A DNA stretch of 54,920 nt from Actinomycetota bacterium (GTDB taxonomy: Bacteria; Actinomycetota; Acidimicrobiia; Acidimicrobiales; JACDEA01): positions 1 to 54,920 of the forward strand of contig JACDEA010000001.1 in assembly GCA_013816725.1 (NCBI GenBank), in the 5' to 3' direction. Below the pieces are notes generated by a model that did no database searches, was not told the DNA's origin, and saw only the letters and a program-made list of their open reading frames with translations. Below, piece after piece: positions 18,484 through 26,620 of the stretch (position 1 is the stretch's first letter; every line of letters begins with the position of its first letter). Position numbers and translations under genes: made by a program.

Positions 18484-20013
18484 ATGCGAGGCTTGCAAGC
18501 GCGCGTAGTCGACCGCCTGGACCTCACCAGCGCGCTCCAAGCTGAGGCGGTAGCCAGAAACAGCATCCTTCCGTCCCAGCCGGGCTTGCTCGAGCTGGCC
18601 ACTCAGCAAGCAGGACCGTTCACCGGATGGCTCGCGAGCCAACTCCAGTCTGGACTGCCCGTCGCTCCTCGAGCTGTCGTCAACGCACGAAAGCCTCGCC
18701 ACGGAACGAGGCCAGCACCGATCATGCCAATCCCCGAGAGAGTTGCATATCGATCCATCGTCGACTTCCTTCTTGGCGCCGAAGCGCCAGTCGCGCGCTC
18801 AAGGGAGGACTACCTCAGCTTCATTCGAGGGCCGGTGGACTACGTCATGCACAAGGCGGAGGGCATCCGCACCGTCGGGCTCTTGCTCGACGATGACGAG
18901 ATCAAGTACGTCGTGAAGAGCGATCTCTCGGCGTTCTACGAGTACATCGACCACGGGGTACTCGGCCGATCGTTGATCGCACGCACCCGGAACGTTGAGC
19001 TCGTCGAGGACCTGATGTCGTTCCTCGCGGAGATCGAGGGGCGGAGCTACGGGATCCCCCAGATGTTCGACGCGTCTGATCGCCTCTCCGAGCTGTACGC
19101 CCAGCTGATTCACGATCAGCTCTCACGGCGGGGGTACCTAGTCTGGCGATTCAACGATGACTTCCGCATCGGGGTGTCGGGGTTTGACGTCGCGCTCGAC
19201 GCCATCGAGGCGCTGTCCGAGGAAGCCCGATCCCTCGGCTTGATCATCAACGAGCAGAAGACGGTGAGTCCCAAGTTCGCGACCTACGCCATCGCTACCT
19301 TCGGCCTAGATAGCGTCGACGATGAGATCCCGTCGGACGAGCAGGACGAAGTCGAAGCGGCCGTAGCGGACTACACCGAAATGTTCGGCGACGCAGACGA
19401 TGCGGTCACCCTGCTGCAGCGCGCAGTCTCGGGTGACTACGAGTGGAATCTGAGTGACGTCAGTCAGGACCAGGTCGGCCAGCTACGCCGAGCGATCTGG
19501 AGCGTCGTTCGTGAGCGAGATGCGCGCGCCGTGCCGGCGCTCGTTCCACTTGCGGTCTTCGTGCCGTCGTTGACGCCAGCAATCTGCCGCTACGCCGAGG
19601 CCTTGGCCGAGGAACGGCAGCAAGAGGTCGCAGGTGTCGTTGACACGATCATCGCCCGCGTGTCGCTCGGCGGTTGGCAACGACTGTGGTTCAACCGTCT
19701 GCTCCGGACATCGAAGTTGCTCCTGCAGCCGGCGCCGGGTGATACGACTACGCGTATTCGTTTTGCTGAGGCGTGTGCGGGCGACGGGCGTCACCCAGCC
19801 ACTCGAGCAGAAGCCATTCTGGCGCTTGCTGGTACGGGAACGGTCTCGGTGCGCGAGATCGCTGATTTCCTTGTAACTGAGCCTCGCGCTCTCGCTTCGT
19901 GGTACGTGATGGCTGCGGGCGAATGTGTCCGCACCGAACGCGACCAGAAGGTGCTACGCGGCATCAGCGGTTCGGACCCGCTCTATTCGATGCTCATCGA
20001 CGCGTTGTCATGA
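18484..20013 (+). CDS. Reverse transcriptase-domain protein (UG/Abi-like) with helical C-terminal region
   Basis: Motifs in order: 'PIMPIPERVAYRSIV', 'VVKSDLSAFYEYID', 'GIPQMFDASDRLSELY', 'WRFNDDFRIGV', 'LGLIINEQKTV'. About 230 aa of helical tail. Confidence 0.8.
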   Translation: MRGLQARVVDRLDLTSALQAEAVARNSILPSQPGLLELATQQAGPFTGWLASQLQSGLPVAPRAVVNARKPRHGTRPAPIMPIPERVAYRSIVDFLLGAEAPVARSREDYLSFIRGPVDYVMHKAEGIRTVGLLLDDDEIKYVVKSDLSAFYEYIDHGVLGRSLIARTRNVELVEDLMSFLAEIEGRSYGIPQMFDASDRLSELYAQLIHDQLSRRGYLVWRFNDDFRIGVSGFDVALDAIEALSEEARSLGLIINEQKTVSPKFATYAIATFGLDSVDDEIPSDEQDEVEAAVADYTEMFGDADDAVTLLQRAVSGDYEWNLSDVSQDQVGQLRRAIWSVVRERDARAVPALVPLAVFVPSLTPAICRYAEALAEERQQEVAGVVDTIIARVSLGGWQRLWFNRLLRTSKLLLQPAPGDTTTRIRFAEACAGDGRHPATRAEAILALAGTGTVSVREIADFLVTEPRALASWYVMAAGECVRTERDQKVLRGISGSDPLYSMLIDALS

Positions 20014-20618
20014 TGCTGCTTCCCAAGCCCCTGACCACGATCGGGGATGCAGCAGTTCTGCTCACGCGAACCGCTCTGTACGAGTACCACTCGACGCCGG
20101 CCTTGCTGCTTACATTCGGGCGGATCTTCAGGTCGTCAACGGCGCTGGGCACTTACGAACTCGGCAACGCCCGGGCTCAGGCCTACTTCTTTCGGATTGT
20201 TGCCGTGGTGGACGCGTATACCGACGCTGCCCTCGAGGCGATGTTCCGCGGCGTTGTCCCGCCTTCATCGCCGGCTGCGGTCCGGCTGCTGGAAAGCCAC
20301 TTGCTCGACGCGACGCAACGGTGGGAGTCGCGAAAGAGGTCATTCGCAGACCATCACTCGTTGTCACTTGGGGACGCTGCCAATGGCTTTCCCCAATGGT
20401 CAAAGCTCGACGGCATGATCGAAGTGCGGAACTCGATCGCGCATGGTCTTGGCTCCCTCACGCGCCAGCAACGGCAACATGCGACGAGAACCGCTGGGCG
20501 CTGTAAGCAGGTCGGAGTCCGCATCGAGGCTGGGGAGGTCATCGTCGACAACCCGAGTCTCGTAACGGCCGGAGACGTGGCGGAGGACTTCATCCGTTGG
20601 CTCGATCAGAAGATCTGA
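20010..20618 (+). CDS. HEPN-like protein (Rx4H motif), translationally coupled to the RT
   Basis: ATGA overlap with the RT stop at 20010-20013. 'MIEVRNSIAHGLGS' carries R-N-x-x-x-H. Mostly helical-looking, 202 aa. Confidence 0.6.
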   Translation: MMLLPKPLTTIGDAAVLLTRTALYEYHSTPALLLTFGRIFRSSTALGTYELGNARAQAYFFRIVAVVDAYTDAALEAMFRGVVPPSSPAAVRLLESHLLDATQRWESRKRSFADHHSLSLGDAANGFPQWSKLDGMIEVRNSIAHGLGSLTRQQRQHATRTAGRCKQVGVRIEAGEVIVDNPSLVTAGDVAEDFIRWLDQKI

Positions 20619-20725
20619 CCTAGTCGCTTTCGACCCGGGTCGTCCTGTTCTGCGTAGCGACCTCGACCGAGGCTGGCAGGACGCGACGGAGACGTGTTCT
20701 TGACGCGTCGACGCGGGTGAAGGAG

Positions 20726-23700
20726 TCAGGCGAACGACGTGTCGTCGCGCTCCCCCTCATCGCGCATCGAGTGGTAGGTCGCCTTCATGACTTCGTGCTC
20801 GATCATCGCTGCGAGCTCGGGGTTCGTGAGCAGGAGGTTGTAGAGACGCTCGGTGTGTGCCTCCGTATCGAGGATCGCGCTCTTGAACTTCGCGCTGAAC
20901 TCAAGGGCGAAGTTGTCGATTGGGTTGGCCTTGGCGTACGTCTTCAGCTCCTCGTTCGCGCTGAGGGTGATCTGCACCTTCTCGGCCTCGAGCCGGTCGC
21001 GCTCGTCGAGATCGGTCCCGAACCGATCGTTGATTTCGGCGATCAGCTCCGCCAGGCTCGCCTTCATGGCCTCGTGCCTGCCGCCAAGACCCTCACCGAT
21101 GAAGACCTTGGATGCCTCAATCTCGCCGGGCGCGAGCTTGAGGTCTTCGGAGCCGTGACCTTTGAGGCGGAGATGCGTGAGGACAAGGTCGTCGCCAAGG
21201 TCGAGCCCGCCCGTCGCTGCGTCGCGCAGGAGTGTGCGGAGCGCTTTGACGTAAACGTAAAGCTTCTCGAGCTCGGGATCGGTGAAGGGCATGACTTGAG
21301 AGAGGAACGCGTAGGCGCGTGTGAACTGGTCGACGCCGTCCTTCAACGCGTCTTGAGCGTCCTCGGCGAGCTCGCCGAACCGCACCACGGCCGGATCGAG
21401 ATTGGCGTGGATCACCTTCAGGCTGCGCTTCGCAGGATCGACGCCGAAGTACGCCTCAGCCGCCTTGGTGATCTCGATCGGGTCGAAGATGCCTGCACCC
21501 ATGATGCGCGCCCGCAGGTCGTAGAGGACGTTCGCGTCCGTCGGCTCGACGATGACCGCCTCGTAGTAGCGCTGGAATGCGTTGCGGATCTCGTCGGCCT
21601 CGTTGCGAAAGTCGAGAACGAAGGTGTCCGCCTTGCCAGGGGCGCCGCGGTTCAAGCGCGAGAGCGTCTGCACCGCGTTGAGCCCGGACAGCTTCTTGTC
21701 GACGAACATCGTGTGCAGGTACGGCTCGTCGAAGCCCGTCTGGAACTTCTCGGCGACCACCATGACCTGATAGTCGCCGGGTGAGTACGGCGGCTCGCCC
21801 TTGAATCGGCGTGCGGTCTGCGAGTCGGGGAACGCGTTCATCGAGGACTCCGTCACCGACTGCCCGCTGTCGTCGATGACCTCTCCCGAGAACGCCACGA
21901 GCGATTTGATGTCGGTGTACTGGTGCTCGGCGATATGACGGTCGATCGCCTGCTTGTAGCGCACCGCCGCAGCACGCGACTCCGTCACCACCATCGCCTT
22001 CGCCCGACCCCCAAGTGCGGAGCCGGTGTGGGCTCTGAAGTGCTCAACGACGATCGCTGCCTTCTGTCCGATCATGTGCGGGTGCTGCCAAATGAACTTG
22101 CGGATCGCTGAACTGGCCTTGCTGACGTCTACTTCGATCTCTGCGTCATCCGTGGTCGCGAGCCGGAAGTACGTCGAGTACGTCGTGTAGTTGGCGAGCA
22201 CGTCGAGAATGAACTCTTCCTCGATCGCTTGGCGCATCGTGTAGAGGTGGAACGGTCGCTTGACCTTGTCGGGTCCGAGCACCCCAAAGAGCTCCACGGT
22301 CCGATCCTTCGGTGTTGCCGTGAAGGCGAAGAAGCTGAGGTTCGGCTGCCGCCCGCGGGCAGCGACAATCGCCGCCAGGGCTGTTTCCGCGTCGAAGTCG
22401 TCGTCGTCCTCTGACGCGTCCGCTGCCTTGGCCCCGAGCGCCTGCTTGAGCGCCGTCGCAGCGTCGCCTGTCTGGGAGCTGTGCGCCTCGTCGACGATGA
22501 TCGCGAAGCGTTGTGAGGCCAGGTCGACGTCGTCGAGCTTGGCGATTACATGAGGGAACGTCTCCAGCGTGACGGTGACGATCTGGGCCTTGCCTCCGAG
22601 CGCCTTTGCCAGCTCCTCGGACTTCGAGTCCTTCTTGCCCTCGACGCTGACGATCGTCCCGGGGACAGATTCGAACTGGGAGACAGTTGCACGAAGCTGC
22701 TCGTCGAGAGCGCGGCGGTCGGTGACGACGATGATCTTGTCGAAGACCTTGGCGTCATCGTCAGCATGCAGCAGCGAGAGCCGGTGTGCCAGCCAGCCGA
22801 TGGAGTTCGACTTGCCGGAGCCGGCAGAGTGCTGGACGAGGTAGCTCTGGCCGGGGCCGCGTTGTTTCGCGTCTCCCGCTAACCGGACGACGGCGTCCCA
22901 CTGGTGGAAGCGTGGGAAGATCACCGTCGTCCTGGCTGGCTTCTTGTCAAGCGCCGGCTCCACCACACGCTCGACGAAGCGGCCGAGGATGTCGAGCCAC
23001 GAGTCGTACGCCCACACCCGTTCCCACAGGTACGCCGTGGCGTAGCCATCAGGGTTCGGAGGATTGCCCTTCCCGCATGACAATTCACCCGGGGCGCTGC
23101 CCCGGTTGAACGGCAGGAACGCGGTGCTCGCGCCTTCCAGGCGAGTCGTCATGTACGCGAGCCGGGTGTCGACCGCGAAATGAACGAGGGCACGTCGGAA
23201 GAGCACGTCCTTCGAGTCGCGGTCGTGCTCGTACTGCCAGATGGCGTTGTCGACCGTCTGACCATTCAGATGGTGCTTGAGCTCGGCCGTCGCCACCGGC
23301 AGCCCGTTGACCATGAGGCAGAGATCAACACTGTTGCCGTGGGCCGCCGAGTAGCGGAGCTGGCGAGTGACCGTCAGCCGGTTCTTCGAGTACGCCTCCA
23401 CTAGCTCCGGATTCTTGGAGTGCGCTGGTCGAAAGTAGGCAAGGTCGAACCTGACACCCTGCTCCTCGACTCCCTTCCGAAGCACGTGCAGCGTGCCGTG
23501 CTTGTCGAGCTCCGATGCCAGCCGCTGCTTGAACTTGAGCTGCGTCTCGTTGGGGTCGCCGCCGAGGCGATCGATCAGCTTGTTCCACTTCTCGATCTGC
23601 GTCGCGCCGATGAACGCGAGCAGCTCGCTTCCGTCGATGCCGAGCTTGACGTCATAGAAGTCGTTGAGGCCCTGCGTGTAGCCGCCGTGTGCGACGAGCG

Positions 23701-23749
23701 ACTCGACGACGTCGGTCTCAAACTGCCTTTCCTTCACGTGTTCAGGCAT
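20726..23749 (-). CDS. hsdR: Type I restriction enzyme R subunit
   Basis: 1007 aa. 'MPEHVKERQFETDVVESL' N-terminus. 'QHSAGSGKSNSI' Walker A. 'IIVDEAHSSQ' DEAH box. 'TLSRLNR' helicase motif VI-like. Confidence 0.95.
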   Translation of the reverse strand: MPEHVKERQFETDVVESLVAHGGYTQGLNDFYDVKLGIDGSELLAFIGATQIEKWNKLIDRLGGDPNETQLKFKQRLASELDKHGTLHVLRKGVEEQGVRFDLAYFRPAHSKNPELVEAYSKNRLTVTRQLRYSAAHGNSVDLCLMVNGLPVATAELKHHLNGQTVDNAIWQYEHDRDSKDVLFRRALVHFAVDTRLAYMTTRLEGASTAFLPFNRGSAPGELSCGKGNPPNPDGYATAYLWERVWAYDSWLDILGRFVERVVEPALDKKPARTTVIFPRFHQWDAVVRLAGDAKQRGPGQSYLVQHSAGSGKSNSIGWLAHRLSLLHADDDAKVFDKIIVVTDRRALDEQLRATVSQFESVPGTIVSVEGKKDSKSEELAKALGGKAQIVTVTLETFPHVIAKLDDVDLASQRFAIIVDEAHSSQTGDAATALKQALGAKAADASEDDDDFDAETALAAIVAARGRQPNLSFFAFTATPKDRTVELFGVLGPDKVKRPFHLYTMRQAIEEEFILDVLANYTTYSTYFRLATTDDAEIEVDVSKASSAIRKFIWQHPHMIGQKAAIVVEHFRAHTGSALGGRAKAMVVTESRAAAVRYKQAIDRHIAEHQYTDIKSLVAFSGEVIDDSGQSVTESSMNAFPDSQTARRFKGEPPYSPGDYQVMVVAEKFQTGFDEPYLHTMFVDKKLSGLNAVQTLSRLNRGAPGKADTFVLDFRNEADEIRNAFQRYYEAVIVEPTDANVLYDLRARIMGAGIFDPIEITKAAEAYFGVDPAKRSLKVIHANLDPAVVRFGELAEDAQDALKDGVDQFTRAYAFLSQVMPFTDPELEKLYVYVKALRTLLRDAATGGLDLGDDLVLTHLRLKGHGSEDLKLAPGEIEASKVFIGEGLGGRHEAMKASLAELIAEINDRFGTDLDERDRLEAEKVQITLSANEELKTYAKANPIDNFALEFSAKFKSAILDTEAHTERLYNLLLTNPELAAMIEHEVMKATYHSMRDEGERDDTSFA

Positions 23750-24446
23750 TCAGAAGCCCTTCCAAGGGCGCGCCGGTCATCACGGTTGTGATGAGGGCCT
23801 GGCGGCGCTCGTCGAGCAGGCCGAAGCCGCCACTCCCGCGGGGGCCCAGCATCTGCTCGTGCTCAAGTGAGATCGCGTCGAGATGAGCGGTTTCATCATC
23901 GAGGAACTGTGCTCGCATCTCCTGTTCGGCATAGTCCGGCGGGGTTGGGATGCCGATGCTCCCAAGGTCGGCGGCGTTCACCGCCGGGTAGCTGACTCCG
24001 ACAGAGCGCGCAACGACTTCCTCGACGAATGGGCTTGAGCGCAGCCACCAGTACAGGTATCGAGGCTGGACCTGCTCGACCCGTGGCGTAAGAGTCGCGA
24101 AGCCCGTCGATACCACGCAATGGGCGACAGGCGCATCGATGTACGCGATCGCCTTCAAGTAGGTGCGGACTGTCGAGACGATGGAATCGCCGACGCGAAC
24201 GAGACGCCGCGCCCGCGAGGGCGCCGCAGAGAACGGCATCTCGTCGCGGGCTGAGAACGAGCCAGTAGAGCTCACGGTGCTGATATCGATGTAGTCGATT
24301 GTCCGGTCCGGGTCCGTTGTCTCCGGCAGGGACTCGCGGTTGATCGCGGCCACGTTCTTGATTCGCCACCAGGTCCATGCACTCGGCACGTCGCCCATTG
24401 CCGCGTTCAGTGGGGCAGATGAGTGGCGTAGACCGGTTCCGTTCAC
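23742..24446 (-). CDS. hsdS: Type I R-M specificity subunit, half-length (single TRD)
   Basis: 234 aa. 'GDSIVSTVRTYLKAIAYID', 'VVSTGFATLTP' and a C-terminal helical conserved region. GTG start overlaps the stop of the hsdM tail frame. Its stop overlaps the hsdR ATG by 8 nt. Confidence 0.8.
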   Translation of the reverse strand: MNGTGLRHSSAPLNAAMGDVPSAWTWWRIKNVAAINRESLPETTDPDRTIDYIDISTVSSTGSFSARDEMPFSAAPSRARRLVRVGDSIVSTVRTYLKAIAYIDAPVAHCVVSTGFATLTPRVEQVQPRYLYWWLRSSPFVEEVVARSVGVSYPAVNAADLGSIGIPTPPDYAEQEMRAQFLDDETAHLDAISLEHEQMLGPRGSGGFGLLDERRQALITTVMTGAPLEGLLNA

Positions 24447-24618
24447 GGCGCGATCTCCCCGAGCAAGGTGAGGATCCGCTTCTGAGTGAGAGATATGTCC
24501 TTGTCGATCTCACCAATGGGACGTGGCGCGGCGTAACGGTAGAACAGCCGAGTGAATGGGAGTTCGTAGCCGACCTTCGTGCGGGAGTCGTCGATCCACG
24601 CGTCGGGCGCTGCGGGCC

Positions 24619-26475
24619 TCACCTCTGGTCGATGAACTCGTCGATGTCCTCATAAAGGGGGACGTTCTCGGTGTCGCGGAGCTCAGGGTCGGGCTCGAAG
24701 GCCTTGTTCGTCTTCACAGGGTCGGCGTAGGGATCCCTCACCATCGCTGCCGCGATCACTGCCTTCCGGACCGGTGCTCCCAACTTCCCGACCTTCGTCC
24801 AGATCGGCGCCAGAGCCACCTCGAGATCAGCGAGCGTGTCGAAGCTCGAGCCGACCAGACTTGCGATCGCCTCCGTCAGTGCGTCGGCTTGGCCACCGAG
24901 CTTGACCACCGGCGATGCGGTGGAGAGCGCCCTCACCGCCTCGCCGGTGATCGCGTACCGGACCCGGAGCGGGCGTTCGACAGTAACCTTGCGATAGCCG
25001 AACGCTGAGTTCGGCAGGACCTGCGACCGGTCCGTCTCGGCGAAGTCCTCGTACAACTGCGTGATCTGTGTGATCTGGGCGGCGCTGAGCTCGTTGCGCT
25101 TGTTGCCGAGGCTCGGCTTCATCTTCACGAATAGGTCGCGCGCGTCGAGGAGTTGCACGTGCCCTTGCCGCTCTGGTCGCTTCCGGTTCGTGACGACCCA
25201 GATGTAAGTGCTAATTCCGGTGTTGTAAAAGAGCTGGTCGGGCAGGCCGATGATGGCGTCGAGCCAGTCGGTCTCGATGATCCACCGCCGGATTTCACTC
25301 ATCCCGCTACCCGCATCGCCGGAGAAGAGCGGTGACCCGTTGAATACCACAGCGATGCGGCTGCCGCCTTCGTCAACAGCGCGCATACGCGAGATCATCT
25401 GTTGCAGGAAGAGGATTTGCCCGTCGGTCGTGCTGGGCAGGCCGGCGCCGAACCGTCCCTCGAAGCCGAGCTGTGCATGCTCCGCCTTGACTGGCTTCTC
25501 AATCGTCTTCCAGTCCTTGCCGTAGGGCGGATTGGCGAGCATGTAGTCGAACTGCTTGCCGGCAAAGGCCGGACTGGTGGTCTCGTCCCCTCCGTACTTC
25601 GTGAATGTGTCGCCGAACGCGATGTGCGCGTTGCCTTGTCCTTTGAGGAGCATGTCGGTCTTGCAGACGGCGTAGGACTCGGGCTGCACCTCCTGGCCGA
25701 ACAGGTGCATCCGGGCTGAGGGATTGATCGCTCGCAGGTGCTCCTCTGCGACCGACAACATGCCGCCGGTTCCACACGCAGGGTCGTAGACCGTGAAGAT
25801 CTTGCCTGGAGCGAGAAGGCGGTCTTCATCGGCGAACAGGACGTTGACCATGAGCTCAATTACCTCTCGCGGCGTGAAGTGCTCACCGGCTTCCTCGTTC
25901 GAAAGGTCGGCCGTGACGCGGATCAGCTCCTCGTAGATGTACCCCATCTCGAGGTTCGAGACCACGTCTGGATGAAGGTCGATCTCGGCGAACTGCTTGA
26001 CGACCATGTAGAGGATTTCCGCCTCCGCCATCTTGTCGATCTGGTTGGGCAACCCAAACCGGAGCAGTGCGTCACGGGCGTTCGGGGAGAACCCGCGGAC
26101 GTACGCGTGAAAGTTCCGGCTGATGTTGTGCTGATCGGCGAGGAGCGCGCCGAAGGTGAATCTCGAGGCGTTCCAGAAGGGCTGGCCGGCGAGGTGGCTC
26201 AAGACGTCGGTGGCGGCGTCCCACTTGTCGGGCCCGAGTTCGCCTGCCTTCGCGACGACCTTGTCCTTCGTCGGCTCAAGAACGCAGTCGAGTCGACGCA
26301 GCACACATAACGGCAGGATCACGTCTTGGTACTGGTGCCGCTTGTAGTGGTCGCGGAGGGTCTCCTTCACCGACCAAATGAAGGAGATCTTCTCCCGCTG
26401 TTTCGCGCTCAGGCCGGCGGCAGGCGTCGGGACGGTTTCGTCGGTCACCATGGCTCCTCGATCGATGTCAGACAC
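24619..26475 (-). CDS. hsdM: Type I R-M N6-adenine DNA methyltransferase (M subunit); C-terminal ~58 aa continue in another frame to 24443
   Basis: HsdM_N-like 'FIWSVKETLRDHYKRHQYQDVILPLCVLRRLD'. 'VYDPACGTGGML' SAM motif I. 'MLANPPYG' motif IV. Confidence 0.9.
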   Translation of the reverse strand: MSDIDRGAMVTDETVPTPAAGLSAKQREKISFIWSVKETLRDHYKRHQYQDVILPLCVLRRLDCVLEPTKDKVVAKAGELGPDKWDAATDVLSHLAGQPFWNASRFTFGALLADQHNISRNFHAYVRGFSPNARDALLRFGLPNQIDKMAEAEILYMVVKQFAEIDLHPDVVSNLEMGYIYEELIRVTADLSNEEAGEHFTPREVIELMVNVLFADEDRLLAPGKIFTVYDPACGTGGMLSVAEEHLRAINPSARMHLFGQEVQPESYAVCKTDMLLKGQGNAHIAFGDTFTKYGGDETTSPAFAGKQFDYMLANPPYGKDWKTIEKPVKAEHAQLGFEGRFGAGLPSTTDGQILFLQQMISRMRAVDEGGSRIAVVFNGSPLFSGDAGSGMSEIRRWIIETDWLDAIIGLPDQLFYNTGISTYIWVVTNRKRPERQGHVQLLDARDLFVKMKPSLGNKRNELSAAQITQITQLYEDFAETDRSQVLPNSAFGYRKVTVERPLRVRYAITGEAVRALSTASPVVKLGGQADALTEAIASLVGSSFDTLADLEVALAPIWTKVGKLGAPVRKAVIAAAMVRDPYADPVKTNKAFEPDPELRDTENVPLYEDIDEFIDQR

Positions 26476-26620
26476 TCAATGATCGTCGTTCTGCGGTCAG
26501 ACGTGCGTTCCGCCAGCTGCAAGCCCGACGAGCGATCCTCGACGAGGCACAACGCGGCACCGCACGGGCGCACGTGCTCCCGCGCACAGGACGCGGTGCG
26601 CCTGACCGAGCCACCGTCGG

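Noticed and set aside
18484-20013. Retron, group II intron or DGR interpretation of the RT
   Set aside because: There is only a 27-nt gap upstream for any msr/msd RNA. No maturase/endonuclease tail or flanking space for ribozyme domains is present. No template/variable repeat pair was noticed by eye. A covariance-model scan would be needed to exclude these fully.
20717-21784. 355-aa plus-strand ORF
   Set aside because: Antisense shadow of hsdR.
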